Below are positions 1 through 9,277 of a stretch of 64,000 nt of DNA, in pieces; position 1 is the stretch's first letter; the number at the start of each line of letters is the position of its first letter. The stretch spans positions 12,474 through 76,473 of the forward strand of contig JBNMKZ010000003.1 in assembly GCA_050874585.1 (NCBI GenBank), in the 5' to 3' direction. Position numbers and translations under genes: made by a program. Source of the DNA: Verrucomicrobiota bacterium (GTDB lineage: Bacteria; Verrucomicrobiota; Kiritimatiellia; RFP12; UBA1067). The notes below the pieces were generated by a model, which worked only from the letters and a program-made list of their open reading frames with translations, was not told the DNA's origin and did no database searches.

Positions 1-121
1 GGTGGACTTTTGGGTCATGCGCCAATTATGAAAGTCTCGAAGTTCTCGTGCGAGCAGATGATTTCACGGCGGGGACGCATTCCCGCGCCCATCCACTCAT
101 TCAAGAACTGAGGCCGGCGAG

Positions 122-1696
122 ATGACGGTCATTCGCAACGGGACGATTGTCGACGGCACGGGCGCGCCCGCGTTCGTCGGCGATGTGCTGGTCGAGGATG
201 ACTTGATTGCGGCGGTCGTTCCCCATGCGGCGGCTTCTGCGCGATATGAGAACGCCGACCGCGTCATCGATGCAACGGGCTTGCTCGTCACGCCGGGATT
301 CATTGACGCGCATACGCATTCGGATGCCTATCTTGTGATTGAGCCGGATGCTCCCTCGAAGATTGCCCAGGGGATTACAACGGGAATCAATGGACAGTGC
401 GGGGGATCGGTTGCGCCGCGCTATGGTGAGGCGCGGCTCTCGTCCGACTGGGCGTCGATTCTTGGTGAGCGGTTGACCTGGCACTCGGTTGCAGAATACC
501 GTGAGGTGCTTGCGAAGGCGCGTCCAGCCGTCAATACCGTGCAGTTTATTGGCCACAATACGCTCCGCTCGTCCGTTGTCGGGTATGCGGGGCGGTCGTC
601 CACGGCGGACGAATTGAAGCGAATGTCGTACCTGCTTGAGCAGTCTCTCGACGAGGGCGGATGGGGACTGACGACAGGACTTATCTACCAGCCCGGCAAG
701 TATGCGACGAATGAGGAAGTCGTTTCGCTGGCGCGAGTTGCTGCGTCTCGCGGCGGATTCTACGCGACGCATATGCGTTCGGAGGGCGACAGGCTGTTGG
801 AATCCATTGATGAAGTCATCGACCTCGTTCATGCGACGGGCATCCGCGCAGAGATTTCGCACCTGAAGACGAGCGGGCAGGCCAATTGGGGCAAGGTGGA
901 TGCCGCGCTTGATAAGATTGAGGGAGCGATGGCGGCCGGTCTCCTGCTGGGGAGCGACCGCTATCCCTACTGTGCCGCCGGAACGGACCTCGATGTCGTC
1001 TTTCCCGACTGGGCGGGCGAAGGCGCGGCAAAAGCGGAATGCGTCCGTCTCGCCGATCCGATGACGCGTCAGCGACTCATAGATGAAATTGATGCCTCGG
1101 GTCGGGACTGGTCTTCCGTCATGATTGGCGGCACCTGGCACGAGGACACGAAGCCCTACTCGGGCAAGACGGTTGCCGAATCGTTTGCCCCCTTTGGGTC
1201 GCCGGGTGCCTTTATTTGCGAAATTCTTGCGAAGGACCTCTGCCGGACGGGTGCGTTCTTCTTTGGCATGAGCGAGGCGAACCTCGACAAGATTTATGCG
1301 CGGCCTTGGATCGTCCCAGGTTCGGATGCCTCGCTTCGTGCACCTTGGGGCCCGCTGGGGGCGGATCACCCGCATCCACGCGCCTATGGGACGATGCCGG
1401 AGTTCTACCGCCGTGTTCGTGCGCTCGGCTTTTCGCGGGAGGAGACGATTGCACGCATGACATCGGTTCCGGCGCGGCGCTTTGAGATTCCCCGCCGGGG
1501 AACGCTGGAACGCGGCAACTTTGCCGATGTGGTCGTCTGGGACGAGAAGTCGTTCGCCTCGCGTGCGACCTACCTGAATCCGCACCAGTTCGCCGCCGGC
1601 GTTTCGTGTGTGATGGTCAATGGAGTCATACCGTATGAGAATGGCGTTCTGACGGGGGAGCGTGCAGGACGCTTCCTTGAGCGCGAGAGGTGCTAA
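122..1696 (+). CDS. N-acyl-D-amino-acid deacylase-like amidohydrolase
   Basis: 524-aa ORF. N-terminal 'TPGFIDAHTHSD' metal-binding HxH motif and a layout typical of D-aminoacylases. The 568-aa antisense ORF is judged a high-GC artefact. Confidence 0.75.
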   Translation: MTVIRNGTIVDGTGAPAFVGDVLVEDDLIAAVVPHAAASARYENADRVIDATGLLVTPGFIDAHTHSDAYLVIEPDAPSKIAQGITTGINGQCGGSVAPRYGEARLSSDWASILGERLTWHSVAEYREVLAKARPAVNTVQFIGHNTLRSSVVGYAGRSSTADELKRMSYLLEQSLDEGGWGLTTGLIYQPGKYATNEEVVSLARVAASRGGFYATHMRSEGDRLLESIDEVIDLVHATGIRAEISHLKTSGQANWGKVDAALDKIEGAMAAGLLLGSDRYPYCAAGTDLDVVFPDWAGEGAAKAECVRLADPMTRQRLIDEIDASGRDWSSVMIGGTWHEDTKPYSGKTVAESFAPFGSPGAFICEILAKDLCRTGAFFFGMSEANLDKIYARPWIVPGSDASLRAPWGPLGADHPHPRAYGTMPEFYRRVRALGFSREETIARMTSVPARRFEIPRRGTLERGNFADVVVWDEKSFASRATYLNPHQFAAGVSCVMVNGVIPYENGVLTGERAGRFLERERC

Positions 1697-1722
1697 CGGC
1701 TCGAAAGAAAGGGGAAAAGGAA

Positions 1723-2436
1723 GTGAGAAGACTGACGGTTGTTGTTCTGGCATTTGCCGCGTCGGCGCTGTGTGCGTGGGCAGATCCGGCGCTGGTCGCG
1801 CTGACATTCGATGACGGCACGAAGGGGAACATCACCGAGGTTGCGCCGCTTCTCAAGAAGTTCGGCCAACCGGCCATGTTCAACATCATCACCGACCGCA
1901 TCGGTACACCTGGCTATATGACATGGGATGATGTACGCGAACTGCATCGGCAGGGGTTTGAAATCGCCTCGCACACGCTGTCGCATCCGAATCTCTTGAC
2001 GCTCCTGTCAAAGGGCGAGACGAATGAGGTGCGTCGGCAGATCTACGCGTCGCGGGATGTCATTGCGAAGGAGATCGGCGTTGCGCCGCGCTTTCTGTGC
2101 CATCCCTATCTGGCCGCACGGCCATCCGTGGACGCACTCATTCGCGAGTATGGAATGATTCCCATGTTTGGCATTCGGTTCAATGTTGGGGGCGATGCCA
2201 TGCGACGTGGAACGCCCGATTCGATTCTCGATAAGCTTGATCGCCTGTCCAATACGAAGGCGAAGCGGCGCGGGGCGGATCTGCTCTTCCATGGCACGTC
2301 CCCGACGAGCGGCGGATGGAATCCCCTGAAGGGAACCAATGACTTCGAACGGATACTTGAGGAACTCGCCACACGTGAACGGAAGGGCGAGATTCGGGTT
2401 GTCCCCTATGCGGAATTTCGCGCACTCTACAAATAA
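1723..2436 (+). CDS. Secreted polysaccharide deacetylase (NodB/CE4 family)
   Basis: 'LTFDDG' and 'SHTLSHPNL' NodB motifs. Signal-peptide-like 'RRLTVVVLAFAASALCAWA'. The GTG at 1723 follows 'gaaaaggaa'. The ORF track starts at 1690, overlapping the upstream stop. Confidence 0.7.
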   Translation: MRRLTVVVLAFAASALCAWADPALVALTFDDGTKGNITEVAPLLKKFGQPAMFNIITDRIGTPGYMTWDDVRELHRQGFEIASHTLSHPNLLTLLSKGETNEVRRQIYASRDVIAKEIGVAPRFLCHPYLAARPSVDALIREYGMIPMFGIRFNVGGDAMRRGTPDSILDKLDRLSNTKAKRRGADLLFHGTSPTSGGWNPLKGTNDFERILEELATRERKGEIRVVPYAEFRALYK

Positions 2437-2437
2437 A

Positions 2438-2446
2438 TGCTATAAT
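2438..2446 (+). promoter_or_regulatory. Extended -10 promoter (TGcTATAAT) 6 nt upstream of the rpe ATG; implies a leaderless mRNA
   Basis: 'tgctataat' at 2438-2446, then 'ctcacc', then ATG 2453. No Shine-Dalgarno in between. Confidence 0.45.
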
Positions 2447-2452
2447 CTCACC

Positions 2453-3103
2453 ATGCGAATTGAAATATTGCCATCTTTGCTTGCAGCGGACTTCGGACGA
2501 CTGGCGGACGAAATCCGCCGCGCCGAGGCTTCGGGGGCCGAGGCCCTTCACCTTGACATCATGGACGCGCACTTCGTGCCGAATCTCTCGTTTGGACCCG
2601 ATGTGGTGAAGCTTGCCGCGAAGACGGCGCCTGGTTTCTATCGGAATGTCCACCTCATGATGTCGCGCCCCGACCTCTACCTTGAGAAGTTCGCCGAGGC
2701 GGGGGCCCAGACGATTCAGATTCATGTCGAGGCGGACTGTGATTTGCATGTTGAGTTGCGGCGCATTCGGGAACTGGGATTGAAGGCGGCGATTGCGCTC
2801 AATCCTGAGACTGCGGTGGAGACGCTTGCGCCCTACCTGAAGGAAATTGACGAAGCCCTCGTCATGACGGTTCACCCAGGTTACGGCGGACAGAAGTTCA
2901 TTGCCGACTGTCTGCCCAAGGTGACATGGCTTCGCGAGCGGATGCCTGGTCTTGACATTATGGTTGATGGCGGGGTGAACGCTGAGACGGCCGTTCAAGC
3001 GGCGGAGGCGGGGGCGAACCAATTCGTGGCGGGCAGTTATCTTTTCAAGCAGGCGGACATGAAGGCGGCCGTGGACGACCTTCGTGCGAGGTGTGCACGA
3101 TGA
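2453..3103 (+). CDS. rpe: Ribulose-phosphate 3-epimerase
   Basis: 'MRIEILPSLLAADFGRLADEI...LHLDIMDAHFVPNLSFGP...VHPGYGGQKF', a canonical Rpe sequence. The upstream part of track ORF 2339.. overlaps the previous gene. Confidence 0.9.
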   Translation: MRIEILPSLLAADFGRLADEIRRAEASGAEALHLDIMDAHFVPNLSFGPDVVKLAAKTAPGFYRNVHLMMSRPDLYLEKFAEAGAQTIQIHVEADCDLHVELRRIRELGLKAAIALNPETAVETLAPYLKEIDEALVMTVHPGYGGQKFIADCLPKVTWLRERMPGLDIMVDGGVNAETAVQAAEAGANQFVAGSYLFKQADMKAAVDDLRARCAR

Positions 3104-3624
3104 GCCGCACGGTTCTGCTGGGTGTGACGGGGTCGATTGCTGCCTACAAGGCGGTTGAACTTGTGCGCCTTCTCGTGAAGAATGGGGATGATGTCCATGT
3201 CATCATGACACCAGCGGCCTGTGAGTTCGTGCGACCGTTGACCTTCCAGACGCTGTCGCGCAATCCCGTCGAAATTGACCAGTTTGCCGCGCCAGCGCAC
3301 TGGAAGCCCGAGCACATTTCCCTGGCGGAGGGCGCCGACCTCGTGATTGTTGCGCCCGCGACGGCCAATACGCTTGCAAAAATGCGCTATGGGTTGGCGG
3401 ACAACCTGCTGACGGCGACACTCCTTGCGACGCGTGCGCCGATTGTCGTTGCGCCCGCGATGAACACGGGCATGTGGGAGAATGCGGTCACGCAGGAGAA
3501 CATCGCCGCCCTGAAGGCTCGAGGTGTCCGCGTCATTGAGCCAGATGACGGGGATCTCGCCTGTGGCGTAAAGGGCAAGGGCCGCATGATGTCCCCCGAG
3601 TCGATTCTTGAGGCGGTTCGATGA
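3100..3624 (+). CDS. coaC: Flavoprotein, phosphopantothenoylcysteine decarboxylase (CoaC-type, decarboxylase domain only)
   Basis: 'VLLGVTGSIAAYKAVELVRLL...APATANTLAKM...PAMNTGMW'. ATG 3100 overlaps the rpe stop (ATGA). Confidence 0.8.
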   Translation: MSRTVLLGVTGSIAAYKAVELVRLLVKNGDDVHVIMTPAACEFVRPLTFQTLSRNPVEIDQFAAPAHWKPEHISLAEGADLVIVAPATANTLAKMRYGLADNLLTATLLATRAPIVVAPAMNTGMWENAVTQENIAALKARGVRVIEPDDGDLACGVKGKGRMMSPESILEAVR

Positions 3625-4325
3625 AGGCGGTCGTCGTCATCCCGACCTACGACGAAAGGGAGAATGTGCGGCCGATGGCGGAGGCCGTCCTCGCGCAGTC
3701 TCCCGAGATTGAACTTCTCTTCGTGGACGACAATTCGCCGGATGGGACGGGGGATGTCATCGAGGAAATCAGGAGGACGAATCCCCGTGTCCACTGCCTG
3801 CACCGAAAGGCAAAGGAGGGCCTCGGACGCGCTTACATTGCAGGATTCCAGAAGGCCATGGAACTTGGGGCGGAACGTATCGTCCAGATGGACTGCGACT
3901 TCAGTCACAATCCGAGCGATGTGCCGCGCCTGCTGGCCGAGGATTCTGACCTTGTCATCGGCTCGCGCTATGTGGCGGGTGGCGGCACCCCGGGATGGCC
4001 GCTTTCGCGGCGGCTGATTTCCCGTGCGGGAGGCGTGTTTATTCGTGTGGTGACGGGAATGCCCCTGCGCGATCCGACGGGGGGCTTCAAGTGCTGGAAG
4101 GTCGCGGCACTTCGTAAAATCGACTTCGCGACAGTTGAAAGCGCCGGGTATTCCTTCCAGTTGGAGATGAACCACCGCACATGGAAGGCGGGGGGCTCAA
4201 TTCGTGAAATTCCGATAACCTTCACCAATCGGGAGCACGGCTACTCGAAGATTACCGCTGGCATTGCCACGGAGTCGATTCGCATTGCGTTGCGACTGAG
4301 ATTTGTCAAACGGAAATCGGCTTGA
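3621..4325 (+). CDS. GT2 polyprenol-phosphate mannosyltransferase-like glycosyltransferase
   Basis: 'VVIPTYDERENV...LFVDDNSPDGTG...GSRYV', a Dpm1/GT2 signature. ATGA overlap with the coaC stop. Confidence 0.8.
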   Translation: MKAVVVIPTYDERENVRPMAEAVLAQSPEIELLFVDDNSPDGTGDVIEEIRRTNPRVHCLHRKAKEGLGRAYIAGFQKAMELGAERIVQMDCDFSHNPSDVPRLLAEDSDLVIGSRYVAGGGTPGWPLSRRLISRAGGVFIRVVTGMPLRDPTGGFKCWKVAALRKIDFATVESAGYSFQLEMNHRTWKAGGSIREIPITFTNREHGYSKITAGIATESIRIALRLRFVKRKSA

Positions 4326-4347
4326 GCCGAACAGGAGGAGACTGACG

Positions 4348-5610
4348 ATGAAAAAAAGACTCGACTACAAGTGGACGGCACTCATCCTTCTTTGGGTGGC
4401 GTTCTTCCTGCAGCAGGGAACGCGGCAGCTTTTCGGGCCATCCGTTCCGGCGATTTGCGCTTCCTTTGGCGTGGACAAGGTCGCCATCGGCATTGTGGGG
4501 ACGGTCTTCGCGATGATGTACGGCATTTGCGTTCCCTTTGCGGGGCTGACGGCCGATCTCTTCAATCGCAAGTGGATGGTGACAATTGGCGTGGCCATCT
4601 TTTGCTTTGGCATTTTCGCATCTGGGTTTGTGGCCTCCGTCGGACTGCTCGTCGTGACCTACGGTGTCCTCAACGGCCTTGGGCAGACGTTCTACTATCC
4701 GTCGGCCAGTTCGCTCGTCTCGCAGTTGCATCGGGAATCGCGGGCAACGGCGATGTCGATTCTTCAGCTCGGGCTTTACATTGGTATCGTTGGATGCGGT
4801 GGGCTTGCCGGGTATCTGGCGGGTAAGGGCGGTGAGAGCTGGCGGCTGCCGTTCTGGATTCTGGGCGGACTCGGTCTCGTGTGGGCGGGCGTGCTTGCAT
4901 TCTTCTTGCGCAATACGAAGCCGGTCGTGACGAAGGAGGCGGATGCAGACCACTCGTCCGATGAGAAGCCGCGCATTCGCGAGGCCTGCGCGGCAGTTTT
5001 GGCGAACCCGACGGCCCTCTGCGTCACCTTGGGACTTGCCATGATGATTTATGTCGACATCGGCTTCAAGAACTGGATGCCGTCCCATCTTCAGCAGACC
5101 TTCCTCGATTCGTGCCCATTCCTCGGCCAGTGGGCCGGACTTCACGCCGTCCTCTGGCACTACCTCGGGGCCGTTGTCGGCATCCTTGCGGGCAGTCGCT
5201 TCGGCGACCGCGTGGTTGCACGCCATCCGGGCGTTCGCCTTGAACTGGGCGTGGCGGGGCTTGCCCTGGCGATACCGTTCATCATCTGGATGTCGATGAC
5301 CACGTCGTTCGTGCTCTGTTGCGTGGCCATGCTTGGCTTTGGCCTGTTTCGCGGTATCTACGATTCGAATTTCATGGCCTCCTTCTTCGATGTTGTCAAC
5401 CCGCGCTACCATGCGTCGGGCGTGGGCATCATGATGTGCATTGCCTTTCTCTTCGGCTCTCTCTCATCCACGGTTCTGCCTCTGATTGCCAAGGCGTTCG
5501 ACGGCAACATGGCCTACTCGATGTCGTCGCTTGCACTCTTCTACTTGGTGGGCGCGGCGATTATCCTGGTTGCGCGCATCGCCTTTCTCAAGCGGGATCG
5601 AATTGCGTAA
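4348..5610 (+). CDS. MFS transporter
   Basis: About 12 hydrophobic segments. ATG 4348 is preceded by 'aggagg'. The 368-aa antisense ORF is rejected. Confidence 0.75.
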   Translation: MKKRLDYKWTALILLWVAFFLQQGTRQLFGPSVPAICASFGVDKVAIGIVGTVFAMMYGICVPFAGLTADLFNRKWMVTIGVAIFCFGIFASGFVASVGLLVVTYGVLNGLGQTFYYPSASSLVSQLHRESRATAMSILQLGLYIGIVGCGGLAGYLAGKGGESWRLPFWILGGLGLVWAGVLAFFLRNTKPVVTKEADADHSSDEKPRIREACAAVLANPTALCVTLGLAMMIYVDIGFKNWMPSHLQQTFLDSCPFLGQWAGLHAVLWHYLGAVVGILAGSRFGDRVVARHPGVRLELGVAGLALAIPFIIWMSMTTSFVLCCVAMLGFGLFRGIYDSNFMASFFDVVNPRYHASGVGIMMCIAFLFGSLSSTVLPLIAKAFDGNMAYSMSSLALFYLVGAAIILVARIAFLKRDRIA

Positions 5611-5625
5611 GGAAGGAATGGTTCG

Positions 5626-6360
5626 ATGCTTCATGTGATTGCAACGCCTATTGGGAATCTCGGGGATCTCTCCCCGCGTGGGCTGGAGGCCTTTAAGTCT
5701 GCGACGCTCATCGCCTGCGAGGACACGCGGCGGACATGGCAGCTCCTGACGCATTTCGGTGTGCCGCGTCCGGAGATGATTTCGTATCGGCAGGGTAACG
5801 AGGAGCGCATCACCGAGAAGATTGTCGCGGCCGTCCGCGCCGGTCTGGAGGTTGCCCTGTGTTCGGATGGTGGTTATCCCGGCATTTCCGACCCCGGCTA
5901 CCGGTTGATTCGTACCTGCGCGAAGGAGGGTGTTCCCTATGAGGTGATTCCGGGCGCGAGCGCGGTGAACGTCGCGCTCCTGATGAGCGGACTTTCGACG
6001 AGTTCCTTCACCTTTCGGGGATTTCCGCCGCGTGGGCCCGGAGCCCTTCGAAACTGGTTTGCCGAAGACCGGGATCGGGAGCATACGCTCATTTGCTACG
6101 AGTCGCCATTCCGCATCGCGGCCACGCTGGAGGCGGCATTGGATGCGCTTGGCGACCGCGAGGCCGCCGTCTGCATCGAACTGACGAAGCTGCACGAACG
6201 CGTTTCGCGTGGCTATCTCTCCGACCTCGTCAGGAAATATGCGAATGCGAAGGTCAAGGGTGAGGTCGCCCTTGTCATCGCCGGCAATAACCCGAAATTC
6301 TGCCGCGCCTCAACCGATGCGGCGGCAGACCACGCTCAGGATTCAACAAATAAGGACTAA
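5626..6360 (+). CDS. rsmI: 16S rRNA (cytidine1402-2'-O)-methyltransferase
   Basis: 'MLHVIATPIGNLGDLSPRGLEAFKSATLIACEDTRRT', a typical RsmI N-terminus (tetrapyrrole-methylase fold). Confidence 0.85.
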   Translation: MLHVIATPIGNLGDLSPRGLEAFKSATLIACEDTRRTWQLLTHFGVPRPEMISYRQGNEERITEKIVAAVRAGLEVALCSDGGYPGISDPGYRLIRTCAKEGVPYEVIPGASAVNVALLMSGLSTSSFTFRGFPPRGPGALRNWFAEDRDREHTLICYESPFRIAATLEAALDALGDREAAVCIELTKLHERVSRGYLSDLVRKYANAKVKGEVALVIAGNNPKFCRASTDAAADHAQDSTNKD

Positions 6361-6364
6361 CGAA

Positions 6365-7381
6365 ATGATGGGAGTACTCGCCATGATCGTCTACATCGGC
6401 TGCTATACGGACGCAACGCATACGAACGGCCTCCATGCCGTTGAGCTGGATGCCCAGACGGGGGAAATGCGAATTGTTGCGTCCTACCCCGTGAAGCAGG
6501 CTATCTACCAGGCCCTTTCACCGGACGGGCGCATCCTCTATTCCTGTGCGGATGGTGGACTCGCCTCCTTTGAGGTGGAGGGTTCGAAGCTCGTCAAGAT
6601 TGGTGAGGTCGGTGTCGGCGGTACGCCCTGCCATGTCTCGGTGATGCCGGACGGCAAGCAGGTGAACTGGGCGGATTATTCGGGTGGACGGGCTGGGTCC
6701 GTTCCCGCGGTGAACGGTACATTCGGGCGCGTCGTCACCTACCAGCACAAGGGACAGGGGCCGAATCTGCCGCGTCAGGATGCCGCGCATTGTCACCAGA
6801 CTGTCCCCACGCCGGATGGCAAGAGCTTCTGTGTTGTCGATCTTGGTTTGGACGAGGTCGTCACCTATCCGAGCGGAACTGTCTTTGGGACGCTTCCCAA
6901 GGGGGCGGGACCGCGGCACTTGCTTTTCCACCCGAATGGGGGACTCGCCTTTTTGCTCTTTGAACTCGGCAATCGGCTCGGCACCTACCGCTGGAGTCCC
7001 GAGGGCGGCTTCGCGGCACTCGATGCCGCGCCAACGCTGCCGGTGGCGGATACGGGCCGGGGCTACAACGGCGACCTCGCGGCGGCCGTGCGCCTTTCGC
7101 CAGACGGCCGTCGGGTTGTCATTTCAAACCGTGGTGAGAATTCGCTGGTTGCATACGATTACGAGATGGCGACGGGGAAACTGACCCTGAAGGCGCGCTC
7201 GTTGCTTCCCGGCAGTTGGCCACGCGACTTCCTGTTTGTCTCCGAGACGCTGGCCCTCGTCACCATGGAGCGTTCGGACGAGGTTCATGCGCTCCGATAT
7301 GACGCGGAAAGCGGCAAATTTACCGTCCTTTCGACTCTGCGGGGACTCTTCCGTCCGGTGGCCGCGACGAAATTGCCTTGA
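6365..7381 (+). CDS. Lactonase, 7-bladed beta-propeller (6-phosphogluconolactonase-like)
   Basis: 'IVYIGCYTD...GLHAVELD' start and repeated propeller-like segments. The upstream Arg-rich part of track ORF 6209.. overlaps rsmI and is rejected. Confidence 0.65.
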   Translation: MMGVLAMIVYIGCYTDATHTNGLHAVELDAQTGEMRIVASYPVKQAIYQALSPDGRILYSCADGGLASFEVEGSKLVKIGEVGVGGTPCHVSVMPDGKQVNWADYSGGRAGSVPAVNGTFGRVVTYQHKGQGPNLPRQDAAHCHQTVPTPDGKSFCVVDLGLDEVVTYPSGTVFGTLPKGAGPRHLLFHPNGGLAFLLFELGNRLGTYRWSPEGGFAALDAAPTLPVADTGRGYNGDLAAAVRLSPDGRRVVISNRGENSLVAYDYEMATGKLTLKARSLLPGSWPRDFLFVSETLALVTMERSDEVHALRYDAESGKFTVLSTLRGLFRPVAATKLP

Positions 7382-7405
7382 TGGGCTTGTGGGGGGACTG
7401 AATTG

Positions 7406-8497
7406 ATGAAAACGGCACGAATTGTCTTTTTGGACTACTTGCGTGTCATCGCCTGCTTCATGGTGATGGTGATTCACGCAACCGAGCCGTATTATCTGAA
7501 TGCGGACGGCCTGTTCGTCGCGAATCGAACGGATGCCCTGTGGGTGACGTTCGTCGAGTGCCTGTGCCGCATTTGCGTCCCCCTCTTCGTCATCGCGTCC
7601 AGTTACCTCCTTTTCCCAGTCAAGGGCGAAACGGGGGCGTTCTTCCGGCGGCGGCTCTCGCGGGTTCTTGTGCCGTTTGTCGTCTGGTCGCTTGTTTATG
7701 TCGCCTGTTTGGACGGGGACTGGGGGCGGCTTCTGTTCAACTTCCCCGATGCGGGCGGACATCTCTGGTTCGTTCCGATGCTCCTCGGACTGTACCTGCT
7801 CATGCCTCTCCTCTCCCCTTGGGCGGAGCGTGTCGGGCGCAAGGAACTGCGCGGGTGGATTTTCCTCTGGCTCCTGACGACGCTCTTCCCCTACTTTCGG
7901 CATATCTGGGCCTTTTTCTTTGGCGAGCCAGCGTTCGGCAGCGTTCCGTACCTGTGGGGGGAGTGCCCCTGGAATGAGTTCGGGGCATTTCACTATGTGA
8001 GTGGCTTTGTTGGTTATCTGCTGATAGGCCTCTGGTTTCGGCGGTTTGCCGCCACGCCCGACATTCGCCAAACGGTGCGCGTGGCCCTGCCGCTCTGGAT
8101 TGTCGGGGTGGTGCTGATGGGCGGACTCTTCTTCGGGCGCATGAGCCGTGCATTTCCATGGACGGCACCGTACGCGGCGGCGGTGGATCTTGAGATGGGC
8201 ATTGAGTACTGCTCGCTTGGAGTCGCGTTGGCAGTCATCGGTGCTTTCATGTTCTTACGGCACATTCGGTGGGAAGGCGCATTCTATGCGCGGGTCGTTC
8301 GTCCGCTGGCGGAGGCGAGTTATGGCATGTACCTTGTCCATCTGCTCGTGCTCGTGTTTATTTCCGAGGCACTCAAGCCGATTCTCTCGACGCCGCTCTG
8401 TATCTTGGCCACGGCCGTCGGTACATTCGCGGCTTCGGCCCTCATCACGCTTGTCATCCGTCGGATTCCCAAGGCCGGTTCCTGGATCTGTGGCTGA
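7406..8497 (+). CDS. Membrane acyltransferase family 3 (O-acyltransferase)
   Basis: Polytopic membrane protein. 'FLDYLRVIACFMVMVIHA' is an acyltransferase_3 N-terminal motif. Confidence 0.7.
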   Translation: MKTARIVFLDYLRVIACFMVMVIHATEPYYLNADGLFVANRTDALWVTFVECLCRICVPLFVIASSYLLFPVKGETGAFFRRRLSRVLVPFVVWSLVYVACLDGDWGRLLFNFPDAGGHLWFVPMLLGLYLLMPLLSPWAERVGRKELRGWIFLWLLTTLFPYFRHIWAFFFGEPAFGSVPYLWGECPWNEFGAFHYVSGFVGYLLIGLWFRRFAATPDIRQTVRVALPLWIVGVVLMGGLFFGRMSRAFPWTAPYAAAVDLEMGIEYCSLGVALAVIGAFMFLRHIRWEGAFYARVVRPLAEASYGMYLVHLLVLVFISEALKPILSTPLCILATAVGTFAASALITLVIRRIPKAGSWICG

Positions 8498-8709
8498 GAA
8501 CCGCCGCGCTTTTGGTTGCGCAACTCTTGCGGAGGCGTTTGGAACGGATTCTTACGACGAATAAGTCCTCACTCAGAGGCGCGGCATCTCTAGTGAGTGG
8601 GGCCGAACCATCCCATGAAGCGCAATAAGGTCCTGTCTTGATTGCGTGTGATTCCGCCCTTGATTTGGACCGATTCTGCTCTTGAAGAAGGGTAATCCCT
8701 GTCATCAAC

Positions 8710-8891
8710 AAGGGTCGGGCATCTCATGTAGAAGGGTTCGGGATCTCATGATAAGCGGAAACCACCACGCTGGTTTGTGAAAAGTAGCGTGGTGGTTTCT
8801 CTAAAGTAGCACGGTACTTTGTTGAAAGTAGCGTGCTACTTTCCGCTTCTCATGAGCATCTCAGCCCTTAGTTGAGTATATCTCAGCCCTT
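8710..8891. repeat. Imperfect ~180-bp palindrome built from 22-bp-periodic sub-repeats, with nested hairpins
   Basis: AAGGGTyCGGGmATCTCATG at 8710 and 8732. AAAGTAGC at 8781, 8803 and 8825. ATCTCAGCCCTT at 8858 and 8880. The outer arm 8745-8760 pairs with 8841-8856 (15/16). There is a perfect 14-bp hairpin at 8758-8771/8786-8799 and a 9-bp-arm palindrome at 8824-8843. The symmetry centre is near 8800. Confidence 0.6.
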
Positions 8892-9262
8892 GATCCTGCC
8901 TTGGTCGGCCCTTGATTAAGAGAGGGATTGACCTCATTTATGAGCAGGACTTGCTCGTCTGATGCGCAGGAGCGCGTCAGATCCTGCGGACGTCCGCCGC
9001 GCTCCTGCCTGAGGGCGGTCTGTCCCTTCCTCTCGGGTGAGTGGATGCGCACGAAGTGCACCGCACTAGCGTCCGTCTGCGACGGCGGACTGCGTCCGGG
9101 GGATATTCGAGTGAGTGGCTTGTGGGCCTGTTGTTGGCCTTGTCCCTCCTCTCGGGCGAGCCGCCGTATGTGATGCTGTGTCTCCGGCTGCGCAGGCTTT
9201 CGCCAGCCAAGGGAAAATTGGGAACCCCCAACCACAAGGAACGGTGACCTTCGCGCAATCTA

Positions 9263-9271
9263 TGGTATAAT
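9263..9271 (+). promoter_or_regulatory. Extended -10 promoter (TGgTATAAT) with an ATG 6 nt downstream (leaderless)
   Basis: 'tggtataat' at 9263-9271. ATG 9272 abuts it. ATG 9278 sits at the expected transcription start. Confidence 0.45.
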
Positions 9272-9277
9272 ATGGGC

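Noticed and set aside
101-1807. 568-aa minus-strand ORF antisense to the D-aminoacylase gene. Similar long antisense or off-frame ORFs occur at 4306-5412(-), 20293-22515(-), 23731-26778(-), 35316-36299(-), 37142-38281(-), 44270-45691(-) and 48418-50301(-).
   Set aside because: They are Arg/Pro/His-rich low-complexity translations lying opposite genes with clear family motifs. This is the typical high-GC artefact of a stop-poor antisense frame.
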